From positions 160,529 through 224,528 of the IMG/VR virus record IMGVR_UViG_3300044712_001462: a DNA stretch of 64,000 nt. One strand, given 5' to 3'. Positions 38,859 through 49,154 of the stretch are shown in pieces (position 1 is the first letter of the stretch; the number at the start of each line of letters is the position of its first letter). The notes beneath the pieces are model-generated. The model ran no database searches. It had not been told where the DNA came from and saw only the letters and a list, made by a program, of their open reading frames with translations. A program made the translations under genes and the position numbers.

Positions 38859-39630
38859 ATGCGTATTCCTCCGCCGCAGAAATCATGGCATCCGCTTTCT
38901 CCTCATCCGCAATAATCAGATTGATCTGGGAGAAGATGCCGAAGTTGTGAACAAACCCCAGACTAAACACATTCCAGGTCCGATTCGTTGCCGAATGCGA
39001 GACCTTAATCGTCCTGTCCTTACCAAAACTCGGAGGCTCGAAAAACGTTCCGAACTCAAACCGTGAATCATAAACCAGGAACAGACCACCATCCTGCTCA
39101 GACACCCAGTGATACGAGCTGGTGATCTTTCCCCCAGCACCCATATCAAACGTCACCTTGTGTTTTGGCTTCTCGGGCTCCGGGCCCAATCCCGGAATCC
39201 CCAGAGACTCAAAAACCCTGTCCAGAATGTCGGCTACCGCGGACTTAGCGATCCGATCATCGTCTGCAGCCACAGGCTCTTCTCGATCGCTCAGCTGAGC
39301 CTCCAGAGCCTCGATCTTCGCTACTAGCGCCGACACGTCCACAGTCTGAGGTGCACTCGTCTGAGACGCTTTGGTCACCTTCTTCTTCGCCGCGGGCGTC
39401 ACCTTCTTCGCCATAGTCTCTTCATCCTGTTCTACGATGTCTTGCATGTCCTGCATCATCTGGGCCATATAGTGATAAGCCAATACCGTGCGATCCTCCA
39501 CGGAGCTGGTTTCCCGGGCTGCGCGCTCAAAAGCCGCTTTCGCCTGTTCTGGACTAATCTGTGCCAAATCCAGCGGCATCCCGCCTTCAGCTAAGACGTC
39601 GGCACTGGTCTTAATCGTTGTGATTGTCAT
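38851..39630 (-). CDS. Hypothetical protein
   Basis: Start reassigned to ATG 39630 because the upstream part of the ORF is a terminator. Confidence 0.7.
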   Translation of the reverse strand: MTITTIKTSADVLAEGGMPLDLAQISPEQAKAAFERAARETSSVEDRTVLAYHYMAQMMQDMQDIVEQDEETMAKKVTPAAKKKVTKASQTSAPQTVDVSALVAKIEALEAQLSDREEPVAADDDRIAKSAVADILDRVFESLGIPGLGPEPEKPKHKVTFDMGAGGKITSSYHWVSEQDGGLFLVYDSRFEFGTFFEPPSFGKDRTIKVSHSATNRTWNVFSLGFVHNFGIFSQINLIIADEEKADAMISAAEEYAYG

Positions 39631-39645
39631 GTTCACCTGATAAGT

Positions 39646-39687
39646 AAAAAAAAAAGGGCAGTGCTGACAAATGTCAGCACCACCCTC
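39646..39687 (-). terminator. Intrinsic terminator
   Basis: GTGCTGACA/TGTCAGCAC stem followed by T10. Confidence 0.75.
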
Positions 39688-39716
39688 CCCCAACCGTCCA
39701 CCCAGACAGTAAATCA

Positions 39717-41153
39717 CTAGGCGGCGACCATATCTCGCTGAGTCTTCTGTTGCTGACGCTTGTGCGTGATTCGGCGCGTGTCAGGAATTCCTACTCGGAA
39801 CATGACGTCGCCAATCTGCACCTCACGTTCCCCACGATAGCGCATCGGCGGGAGCATGAAAACCTCAGCTGCCTCGTCCAGACCGAAAGCCCGACGGAAA
39901 TCCCAATACCAAGACACTCCACCACGTTCGCGGCGAGCCTGATCCAGAACCGACGTTACGTAGCTCATCTTCAACAAGGGACCCGACACCGTCGGGACAC
40001 GCACGACACGGGACTGGAGGAACTTATCCACCAACCACATGAAGTGCTCCCCGGTCTTTTCACGGAGCTGGGCCTCGGTATAGAAACCGCTCGGGACATC
40101 AACCGGGAAACTCGCCGGAAGCACAAACTCACCGGTCTTGAGATCTTTGAGTATGTCCAGCACCAACGTGTCAGAAACCTGGAAGTTTCGCAGCATGGTC
40201 AAATGCTCGAGCGTGTCGCTGGAGAACTCCACGAGCACATCCGGAGCCCACACACTGGGATCCTGAATCACTTCCGGAGTTCCACCGGGGGTGATATTTT
40301 TCTTGTCACAACCCAACACTGCATTGTTCATGATCTCCTGCATTTCATTGCAGACATCAAACAAAAAGCAGTGATGCTCGTCATCAAGATTCCACGATGA
40401 CGACGGAATACCACGCATCAACCGAAATCTACCCTTCTCCATCTGGGCTCGCGTATATCGGCAAGTCTTACGAAGAGTGACTACCACGGTCTTCGGATCT
40501 ACCTCGCCTACTACCTCCACACAATTGGGCTCCGGCATGGTGCCTACAGCCAGAACCGCCCTGGGATCCTTGCCTAAGAAGTCAGCTACATCAAACCGGT
40601 ACAACGCAGCCCAGTCGCCATTCGGCAACTCGCCAAGACAGACATCCAGATAATCTGACTTGGCGCGAGTCTGCCGGACCAACCGCAGCACACCCGGTTC
40701 CCCGGTTAAATCAGCCTTCAACGGACCAATGTCCGGACACTCCAGCTTCATCTGATGCATACGGTGCATAGGTTTCGCGAAGTCCACGTAGCAGAAGTGA
40801 TCCGGATCGCTATTCACAACCACGCTGTCTCGAACCAGTCGACCGTCCTGCAAAATCGCCGGAGTTTCTATTTGTCTTCCACGCACTGATGCATTCTTGT
40901 ACGGCTGATCCCACATCATCAGGAACTGAGCATCGTTGTGATGCACGACCGGCCCTAATGGGCGGTGCGAATAAATTCGCTTACCCCCCAAATGAATGTA
41001 ATTCCAGCGTGGAACTACTGCGATCTGTAACAGATCACGCCGGATTTCGCCCAGCAAAATTGCCTTACCGCCAACTCGTTGATACTCCAACCGGTAAACT
41101 TCCTGAGCCTTGTTGTTGCCTTCGCCCGTCTCTGGATTTTCAATACGGAACAT
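39717..41153 (-). CDS. Hypothetical 478-aa protein
   Basis: Long ORF with AAGGGGG SD; no recognised motif. Confidence 0.75.
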   Translation of the reverse strand: MFRIENPETGEGNNKAQEVYRLEYQRVGGKAILLGEIRRDLLQIAVVPRWNYIHLGGKRIYSHRPLGPVVHHNDAQFLMMWDQPYKNASVRGRQIETPAILQDGRLVRDSVVVNSDPDHFCYVDFAKPMHRMHQMKLECPDIGPLKADLTGEPGVLRLVRQTRAKSDYLDVCLGELPNGDWAALYRFDVADFLGKDPRAVLAVGTMPEPNCVEVVGEVDPKTVVVTLRKTCRYTRAQMEKGRFRLMRGIPSSSWNLDDEHHCFLFDVCNEMQEIMNNAVLGCDKKNITPGGTPEVIQDPSVWAPDVLVEFSSDTLEHLTMLRNFQVSDTLVLDILKDLKTGEFVLPASFPVDVPSGFYTEAQLREKTGEHFMWLVDKFLQSRVVRVPTVSGPLLKMSYVTSVLDQARRERGGVSWYWDFRRAFGLDEAAEVFMLPPMRYRGEREVQIGDVMFRVGIPDTRRITHKRQQQKTQRDMVAA

Positions 41154-41164
41154 AATGTTCCCCC

Positions 41165-41314
41165 TTATTGATTTTTGGCGTAATGTCTATCTCGTAGGTA
41201 TTCCTTCACCGGAATCACCACGTGCCGCACTCTTCCCGTGCGACAGTCCTCAAGCTTCAACCTCACGTGCCCCGACGGTATGTCGCGTCCTACTCGGCGC
41301 GTCCGTCGAATCAT
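41165..41314 (-). CDS. Small basic hypothetical protein (49 aa)
   Basis: GGGGGAA-ATG; MIRRTRRVGRDIPSGHVRL... Confidence 0.4.
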   Translation of the reverse strand: MIRRTRRVGRDIPSGHVRLKLEDCRTGRVRHVVIPVKEYLRDRHYAKNQ

Positions 41315-41426
41315 TTCCCCCGTACTGCTCAAGCAGTAAACTCTTGTCATACAACCACTTATGTAATACCCATGACAGCACTCCCTGATGTGACGTTGAG
41401 ATACAAAAGCTAACGATCACCCAGGT

Positions 41427-41455
41427 ATTGTGCCTCAAAAGTGGGGGAAATTTAG
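41427..41455 (-). promoter_or_regulatory. Putative phage promoter, copy 3: CTAAAT-N17-CACAAT
   Basis: Same architecture as copy 1. Confidence 0.6.
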
Positions 41456-41555
41456 GTGTGGAAACAGGCAGGCTCTATAAGGTTGATCGTAAAAATCAAG
41501 AAAAAGCGGGTCGGAAAAATAGGAAAAATGTGAAGATTTTTCCGATTAGGGGGTT

Positions 41556-43376
41556 CTACTCGACTCTGTCATCGTCATCGTAGTAGTACTCGCCGTCCTC
41601 CGAATCCCCAGGAGAGGTATCCGGCAGTTCATCTAGCGCCAAAATCTCAGAGTCACTCTCGGGCCCAGGCTCATCGACCTCGGGCTCCTCTTCTTCCATG
41701 TCGTCAGGCTCCCAGTCAGTACTGATCCGACTCAGAACCCCTCCGATTGGAGGAGAGTCAAGCAACCCGGTAACATCCGGTAGCTGGAACAAAGGAAAAG
41801 GCTCCAGACCAGGCAAACACAGATAAGGGAATGAGCCAGTACTGATGCCACCAGCCCAACCTTGAAACACAAATACCAACACTGTGTCATAAAGCTCTGA
41901 CAACTCACGTACACGTTGCTGAAGTAACGGTGCCGTCTCAAACTGCTCCAGCGTCACCATGTGCCCTTCCACCTGGAATACCAAATACCAGAGGGGATCA
42001 CTTGCGGGCAAACTGGGCCCAGTCTTTGACTTTCTTGACGGCTTCTTCGGCTGCTGACTGGGCTGCGGCTTCGAGCTGGGATTTGTTTTCTTCGACAAAG
42101 GAGTCCTCACCACTCTTAATGATCTCGTTGGGCCGAAAGATCAGAGACACCGTATTGCGCTGCACCTGCTCCGTCTCTGACTTACTAATAACAACCACCT
42201 GCGGAGCTGACATGGAAACAGGCTGAGCCTTTGTTTCCTCCAGAAAGCCGTTCACCATCTCTGTTAACGACGGTTGAGACTTCCCGTCATTCCGCACCCA
42301 CTCACCTAACACACAGTCGTAGTACTCAATCGCGGAGAAGCAGGCCACACGCAGATAATCATTCGTCAATGTCATCCACTTCCTCCTCGTCCTCATCCTC
42401 GTCTTTAGCGCTATTGCCGGTGTTACAGATCGGCTCTGCCAAACCCTTGTAGACGAGCTCGAAGTGAGGCATGACCGGCTGCTTGCGATCCTCCAGCTTC
42501 AACTTGCCTGTACGACCTGCCTGCATCAGCGCATAGCGCGCCATAATCTCACCGTCGTCTGCATACACAGTCAGATAGGCCACCGGGATCTTAACCTGCG
42601 TGGAGTAGAAGTGAGGGGCAATCGTAATCCCCTCAGGCCGCTTATCCAGCTTGTCCCCTTTTTTGAGCCAGCCGTCTTTAACCAGCACCCCGGATTCCAT
42701 CTCACCTGTAAAATTCAATTCAATGTGCATCGTTGCTCCCATAAGGATTGTTAGCCGCTTTCAGCGCGTCCCGAAAATGCAGCGTATCACCAAATATCAT
42801 TTCTTCGTTGTACACATACCTAGGAGACATCCCCCCGGTAATGCACATCTTCTGAATGAAGTAATGAGAACCCATCGTGCTTTCAACAACCGAAGCATGC
42901 ACTTTTGCGTACTTAAAGCCGTCCACACAATGTGGCTCTTGAACCTCAATCTCCTGCGCTCGTACGCGGTACAACACATTCTGCTTACTATCATTCAACG
43001 CCAACGTCCCAAAGTACTGCAGAGCAGTCTCTCCCCATTCCCTGGGTAGGAGCTGAATATGGTGAGCCCAGAAAGGTGGCACATTGAGTAGCAGAGGACG
43101 GTTGTGAACAAGCAGCGTAGGCGGCTCATCAATCCCCATCTCCGCCATAAAGACCACCCAAGGATCCACCGGCCAACTCAATACCGTATACACCAGCGCC
43201 GGAGTAAACAGCACGTAGTCTTTGGCATAGCTGGCCAGCGGAGTATGCGGAGCCAGCTCAACGACTTTCGGCTGCACAGACAGAGTGTGACCGACGTCGA
43301 CCGAAGGAGAAAAACCTGTCGGAAACAACTTGGGTAACTGATCTACGACGCCGGTCATCACTCCGTCCGAACTCAT
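41556..43376 (-). other. Four hypothetical ORFs (41556..~42010, 41998..~42375, 42359..42742, 42720..43376)
   Basis: Contiguous co-directional ORFs; two have acidic C-termini. Confidence 0.65.
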
Positions 43377-44122
43377 GCACTCACCTTCAACTTCGTCTTT
43401 TTCGCGGGTAAGGTCTTCACCAAGTCGACTCCATTCGCAATCGATTCACGCAGCGCAGGAGCCAGGTTCAAAGCGTTCGCAACTTCTAAGCAGACTCGTA
43501 AGTCATCTTTCGAGTTCACACCTGGTTTACCGTTCTCAAAGTCAGCAATCTCCAATCGTGATAGCGATAACTGAATTGCCACCTTTTTCGCCCAGCGCCC
43601 CGGTCGCAACAAACCATCCAGATCGCGATAACCGTGATTTAACCACAGTCGCTGCGGTAGATCGTTACAGCCGGATTCGGCGGATTCCGCTGCCGCCAAC
43701 TTGGCGAACGTGGCGATATCAAACCCTACCAAATACACACTATCCGATGCAAATACACCCGTTTCCACGTCAGTGTCCGAGAACTCTTCATCCTCGTCTT
43801 CATCCTCCACATACCCGCCATCGTACTGAGACAACTGAGGATGAATCTCGTTGATGAAGCGCGCAACCTCCTGACCGATATTCTTATCAAAGTGCACACC
43901 GGTACCCGCCTCGGCGCTATACATCCACACGTCATCCAGCTTCCCGAAGTAAGGAATCTTCAGACCCTGAATCAGGAACTCCTCCCGCTTCTCCGCCACT
44001 TGCGCCGCTGCCGTCTCCGCTTTCGTCACATTCTTGTTCGGCTGGAACTCCGGCACCCATTGCCCGAAGTCGCTCCGCAATGACGTCTTGAATCCGACAA
44101 AAATCAAGTCTTTGACTGCCAT
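43373..44122 (-). CDS. Hypothetical protein, possibly degenerate DnaQ-like exonuclease fold
   Basis: IFVGFKT (ExoI-like, lacking D/E), LVGFDIATF (ExoII-like), DDLRVC (ExoIII-like). Confidence 0.4.
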   Translation of the reverse strand: MAVKDLIFVGFKTSLRSDFGQWVPEFQPNKNVTKAETAAAQVAEKREEFLIQGLKIPYFGKLDDVWMYSAEAGTGVHFDKNIGQEVARFINEIHPQLSQYDGGYVEDEDEDEEFSDTDVETGVFASDSVYLVGFDIATFAKLAAAESAESGCNDLPQRLWLNHGYRDLDGLLRPGRWAKKVAIQLSLSRLEIADFENGKPGVNSKDDLRVCLEVANALNLAPALRESIANGVDLVKTLPAKKTKLKVSA

Positions 44123-45026
44123 CTAGCTTTACCACCTTATAGTATTTGCCCAGCGTTTCGGCCTCTTCCGCTAACTCCAGCGGAATCCCCACAATCAACG
44201 CTGCTTTTTGTTCATCACACCAATAACGCAACCGTTTTACCGCCGCCTGCAACTCACCCACTGCTCCGAGTTCCGCGGCGTTGTCTACCAGAACGAGATC
44301 GCAACGATTCCCCTTGAGGAACCGACGCTGGATCTCCAGGCTCTTTGTCATTTTGGCTTTACTGCGAGCCAGACCTTGCCAGAACGACATCGGCTTCTTA
44401 AGCACATTCACGGTATTCCTGGCACTCACGAGAAACTGCTTATCTTCTGGGTAGTTCTCCAGGTAGATCGCGCTGTATGTGACGCCGGTATCCCGATCGA
44501 GATACGACAGCCCAGCTGCAATACTGGTCAGCTCTAGCTCGATCTGAGCTAGTGTGCCTACCAGAACCAGCGTGTCCGCTCGCTCCAGCGGATAGCACTC
44601 ATCCTTCCCTGTATCAATGAACGTGCAAGGTACCGCAGACTTACCCGCTATCCGCTCTCTCCGAGCTTCTTCCCGCTGCTCCTGAACTTTCTCGTTCGCC
44701 AGTTCCTTAGCACAGTCCTTAGCCAGGTACGGTAGCACCACCATCTCATACATCTTCAAGAGATCATCGCGCCGAAACGCTTGATCCGCCTTCGATGTCG
44801 TGGAACCTACCAGCCACTCCTCCACCAGATCTGTGTGTTCAGGAGCCTTAACCAGCAGTTCCTGGTGGAGGTTATAGCGCCCCAGCGCATACAGCTGTCG
44901 TGAGGCGATGAGCGCCGCACAGGTGTGGTTGATGTCCACATCCTTTGTTACCAGCTCCACAGCCTTCTGTTTAACTTCCGCCGCCGCTTCCTCACTCAGA
45001 GCCTGCAATCCTTCGTCACTCATCAC
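43932..45026 (-). CDS. Hypothetical protein, possibly degenerate RecA/DnaB-like fold at C-terminus
   Basis: TLVLVG (no GKT), IYLE, DLVLVDN (Walker B-like), LRYWCDEQKAALIV. Confidence 0.4.
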   Translation of the reverse strand: MMSDEGLQALSEEAAAEVKQKAVELVTKDVDINHTCAALIASRQLYALGRYNLHQELLVKAPEHTDLVEEWLVGSTTSKADQAFRRDDLLKMYEMVVLPYLAKDCAKELANEKVQEQREEARRERIAGKSAVPCTFIDTGKDECYPLERADTLVLVGTLAQIELELTSIAAGLSYLDRDTGVTYSAIYLENYPEDKQFLVSARNTVNVLKKPMSFWQGLARSKAKMTKSLEIQRRFLKGNRCDLVLVDNAAELGAVGELQAAVKRLRYWCDEQKAALIVGIPLELAEEAETLGKYYKVVKLDGSQRLDFCRIQDVIAERLRAMGAGVPAEQECDESGDGSGASGGEAGGVPDSGSEDSLLREAG

Positions 45027-45221
45027 GCCCTCCCGGCAGCTCTACACAAATCGATCCTCGATCTTCCAACATACGAACTATGTCACGCAGGGCCGCGTCC
45101 ACTTTTTCACCATCAGACTCTGTAAAGCCGCTGTTGTCACAACACGTCCAACCTCCGGCCAATACATTCTTCAACATAAGTGAGGCTGCAAAATACGCCT
45201 CTTTCTTAGCCTGCCGCTTAT

Positions 45222-45740
45222 TCATCCCGCACGCCTCTTTGGAAAATTCAACTGACGCTCAGTCCTCATCAAATAATCAGCAATCAAAATGGCTTCCGCT
45301 CGCGCTTCGTCCTTCTTTAGCGGTAACGTATCCGCGACAGCTGGGTAAATAGCAACTGCGGCCACAATCGACTCCGCCTTCTGTGCCCCCTTCTTCACAT
45401 ACTTGGGCTTCCAAGCCAGAGGACTAATCAGCTGAAACGACAACTTGTTCGCCGCACACGCCATCTCCCAGTAAGCCTGAGCCATCCCCACCATCTTGAT
45501 TGTGTGGTAGCGATCCGTCGGTCTGGGGTTTTGCTCCTCAATACCCACGACGACCCGCACGCCTTCTTTCTGCAACTTCTGGAAGCGACAGATCAGACGC
45601 AGCATGCCATGCAGGTCGTAGTGTTTACCCACTTTGGGCACATGCCAGGACTCCACACTTTGACCTTCGTTGTAGATCACTGCCACCGCCCCTTCCTTAC
45701 CTGGGTCAATGCCCACGTAAGCCACCGTTACATCAGGCAT
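45222..45740 (-). CDS. ruvC: RuvC-like Holliday junction resolvase
   Basis: VGIDPGKEGAVA, IEE, ISPLAWK, DEARAEAILIA. Confidence 0.85.
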   Translation of the reverse strand: MPDVTVAYVGIDPGKEGAVAVIYNEGQSVESWHVPKVGKHYDLHGMLRLICRFQKLQKEGVRVVVGIEEQNPRPTDRYHTIKMVGMAQAYWEMACAANKLSFQLISPLAWKPKYVKKGAQKAESIVAAVAIYPAVADTLPLKKDEARAEAILIADYLMRTERQLNFPKRRAG

Positions 45741-46554
45741 TACGCCCTCCCGGACTATAAATCTCTTTGAATTCTTCTAATAACAAATGACAAATCATCG
45801 AATCGTAACCCGCACTGTGCCGCTGCTCATCGGTTAGTCCATACTTCTCGTTGAGCTGATACACCTGGCAACAATGATCACTACTCCAGCGCACACCCTT
45901 AGCCGGGATATTCCGGACGCGCGTCAAATACCCCGCAAAGCTCTCGTCGCCCTTGGGATACATCTTGAGTTGACGTGCCTTCTCGATAATCCCAATGTCC
46001 ACGATCTGATCCGGGGGAATTTCAAACCGCTGTCCCAGCCACTCCTGTGTCGCATCCGCAAAGACACGCCGGTCAAAGCCCAGCACATTCAGACCCACAA
46101 TCTTCTTGCCGTCGTCTAAGGCTTGGGAGAGGAGATCTACGTACATTTCCAGCGTCTCCAGCGGATGCGCCGGACTGGTATGCATGACTGCATACGGGAC
46201 ATGAAAGACACTCCCTTTCTCCTGCATCGACTCCGCCACAAAACGCAACTTGTCTTTCAACCAGTTGGGGTCGATGTACTCGGGGAGCAGAGTCCAGTTC
46301 AGAATCGTGGACTCAAAGACATCCGCCGTGGAGTCAGTCACATCGCAATGACCGATCTCCACGATAATGTCGTCACCACATTCTTTTTCAAACTTGCCGC
46401 GTTCAGAGTAAGAGAAGCTGAACCCGGTTGTCTCCAAGTCGAAACAGAAGTAGTTGTCAGGAACGTGTTGACCAAAGTGATCAAAGATCTCGTACAGCAC
46501 AGTGAGGTCCACCTCTCTTGAGAGAGGCACCTCACCGATCACTTCGCTGACCAC
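45733..46554 (-). CDS. DEDDh 3'-5' exonuclease (DnaQ-like)
   Basis: FDLETTG, IVEIG, GLNVLGFD, HSAGYD. Confidence 0.9.
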   Translation of the reverse strand: MVSEVIGEVPLSREVDLTVLYEIFDHFGQHVPDNYFCFDLETTGFSFSYSERGKFEKECGDDIIVEIGHCDVTDSTADVFESTILNWTLLPEYIDPNWLKDKLRFVAESMQEKGSVFHVPYAVMHTSPAHPLETLEMYVDLLSQALDDGKKIVGLNVLGFDRRVFADATQEWLGQRFEIPPDQIVDIGIIEKARQLKMYPKGDESFAGYLTRVRNIPAKGVRWSSDHCCQVYQLNEKYGLTDEQRHSAGYDSMICHLLLEEFKEIYSPGGRNA

Positions 46555-47150
46555 TTCTCCGGATCGAGGGCCCTCTCTCGGTTAATGATTCTGTCAATAA
46601 CCGACCAAGGAACGTCCTCATTACGCAGTAAGCGCACTATCGTGGCAAGATCAACCTTCAAATCATCACCCGGCGTCATGTTATTAAGCAGGCCGCGGAT
46701 GCGTACACCTGTTTTTGTATACTGCTCCAGTAGCTTCACACAATCCGGAGTCTGACCTAAAGCAGTCACATCTCGCAGGCCATCAAACAGATGACCTGTG
46801 AAGAGACTGGACAGCATAGCCAGATAACCCATCTGGGCCGCCGGATGTACGTCTAAGAAACCCGACTCACGAAGTACATCCTCGGCGGTCTGTTTTGGAT
46901 CCTGTGTACAGGTGTTGAGAAATTTGAAGTAGGCATCGTGCGCGGCTGTCAGAGCCTTGCCTGTTTCCACCCCCTCGGTATCATCCATCGCTGCGGCAAC
47001 AGTGTCGTAAAGCTCAGGCCACGCATCGTTCCGAAACAGGGCGGCTACTCGCTTAATAATCACTGGCATGCAATTCACCCAGTCACGCTGAGGTGAATAG
47101 ACAGGCCCTCCCTCTTTGGGACGAATCGAAATATTATGCTCTGACATCAC
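46539..47150 (-). CDS. Hypothetical protein
   Basis: ORF track; GGGGAG SD. Confidence 0.65.
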   Translation of the reverse strand: MMSEHNISIRPKEGGPVYSPQRDWVNCMPVIIKRVAALFRNDAWPELYDTVAAAMDDTEGVETGKALTAAHDAYFKFLNTCTQDPKQTAEDVLRESGFLDVHPAAQMGYLAMLSSLFTGHLFDGLRDVTALGQTPDCVKLLEQYTKTGVRIRGLLNNMTPGDDLKVDLATIVRLLRNEDVPWSVIDRIINRERALDPEKWSAK

Positions 47151-47156
47151 TCCCCC

Positions 47157-48775
47157 TTACTCGTAGGTGTTGCAAATCAACGACACCCAGCGGGACACCT
47201 TCTCGTGCTCCACGCAGGCATCAATCTTGGTATGTGTCCCGTCAGTCCAAAAAATAGTTACTCGATGATGGTTGTGAGACAGATCTCCCACAACTCGCTC
47301 AACCGTCTTTCCCACCAGCCCGTCACAGTAGTCCTGCGTGAAATACGGCATTACTTCCCCATTCCTGCTTTCTCTGCCTTTAACGACCACTCATACCAAG
47401 CAGTACAGGTTGAGCATCCGCATGATCTGTGGTTTCCACGTAGGTCGTGCGCCTGACGCAGTTTAGCGCCCTCTAACAACAGCTCCTGCATCTCACTAAT
47501 TTGCTGTCGAAGAGCCTCTACGCAATCCCGCTCATGTAGATGCTGATATCCTCCCTCCTCGCACAAATAATACTGAGCATCCTCTGCGATATCAGCTCCG
47601 CACGTATTACATCTGATTTTAATCTCAAGCACATACTCGTTTACCGTCACTACGCCCCTCCTCTGTGGCTTCGTCTAGCCACGGGTGTCTGTTAATCAAC
47701 TCCACGCGCAACAATGCGACAGTCATATTTGCTAAGGCGTCATTTTGTGTAACGATGTCGAAACACTCCAAAGCCTCTTTTGCTGCCGCCTGCGCCTCCG
47801 CGAGCTGCTGCCTACAGCGTTCAACGCCATCGCTACTCCAGCCAATCCAGTCCAGGTGTCCTTCCAGTGTTGCAATGCGAGCCCGAGACTCCGCGAGCTG
47901 CTGGCGGGCCTCATCCCGTTCCCGCATCGCATCCGACCAGGAACATTTCACTACCTCAAGATCTCCAGTACCTGTAATGCGTGACACGTCATAGGTATCT
48001 GGGACCTCATACACCACTGTCAGTCGCTTCACGATCCCCTCCCGCCGCTGCGGCTAGTCCCGCCTTCTCTACGCGCTTGAACACTGCATGAAAACCACAG
48101 TCGCAATCACCGTCTGTCAGCATTCCGTCGCATCCGTCTTGGTGCTCTCCGTACTGATCCAGTAGTCGATACTTCGCCGCCAGCGCCGCCGCGAGCTGCT
48201 GGCGAAGCTCCTGAATCCACAACTTGTACTCAGACTCGCACTGCTCGTAATCAGCCCGCGCCTCCGCGAGCTGCTTATCACACTCTGCAACGTCGAGGCG
48301 AGCTGCATCGCGTTCTGCTTGCGTGGTGCCAATATCTCGGCAGGCTTCCGTGAATGCGTTGAACCACCGCAGTTTTTCTGCATTTGCCTCGGCAAGCTGC
48401 CGCTCCAGCTCATCAAGCCTATCAGCGAATTGTCCTTGTCCACCGCTGCGCAATATTTCCTGCATTGAAAACTCGCTCATCCTGACCTCCCTTCTCGTCA
48501 TCAAGAGACGTAGCTATCGTAACACCATTCGTCCAATCAATACTCGTGTCGATAGTCCCAGTGACCCCGCACCCGCAGACCTTCGTGTCCAACGTAAACG
48601 TCAGCCCTCCGCACTTCTCGCAATGGTATTTCGCGAGCTGCTGCTCTGTCTCCCAAACCTTCTTAGCCACTAACAGCACCAGAGTCAGATCGCCCATAAA
48701 GGCACGCGGACCTGCGTTCTCATGCCTCTGCAACCAATCCGTCAGGCGCTCCACTGCAATTTCAAAATCACTCAC
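47157..48775 (-). other. Cluster of small ORFs, three of them coiled-coil and sharing QQLA segments
   Basis: 47157..47390, 47351..47650, 47625..48032, 48007..48504, 48422..48775. Confidence 0.65.
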
Positions 48776-49154
48776 CGTCCGACCCCTTCATAGGCAGCTC
48801 CTCAATATCAACACTCTCCGAGTAGTAGCCATTCGACTCGCCAATCCAACGACTGATGATAGTTGCTCCGTCTACCTTAAACGTCAGTGTTGTCTCTGTC
48901 ACATGGTCGCTGTACTGTCTTTCCGGTCCCTCCTCCTCTTCATGAGTGGCAATTTCAATCACTTTTCCAATCAGCGCATCCCAGTCGCCCTCAGTCGATT
49001 CCATCCTGACTACCTCACAACAGTCCTGGTAGTGGTGGATCATAAACTGACGTCCAGACTCCGTGGTCAGCATGATCTTTCCCTCGTCGTCATCAATATC
49101 AATGTACGTCAACGTTTCTCCCACCAATGATTCTATCCCAACAGGTCTTCTCAT
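48768..49154 (-). CDS. Conserved hypothetical phage protein
   Basis: HYQDCCEVV...WIGESNGYYSESV pattern. Confidence 0.7.
   Translation of the reverse strand: MRRPVGIESLVGETLTYIDIDDDEGKIMLTTESGRQFMIHHYQDCCEVVRMESTEGDWDALIGKVIEIATHEEEEGPERQYSDHVTETTLTFKVDGATIISRWIGESNGYYSESVDIEELPMKGSDGE

Noticed and set aside
41160-41325. GGGGGAAATGATTCGACGG on the minus strand resembles a tmRNA 5' end
   Set aside because: No matching T-arm/acceptor 3' end or tag peptide found; better explained as SD plus ATG of a 49-aa ORF.
43932-44122. 191-bp overlap of two minus-strand ORFs as deliberate dual coding
   Set aside because: The upstream ORF's tail is low-complexity off-frame read-through of the next gene's start; similar run-on overlaps occur elsewhere (9887-9993, 41998-42113).
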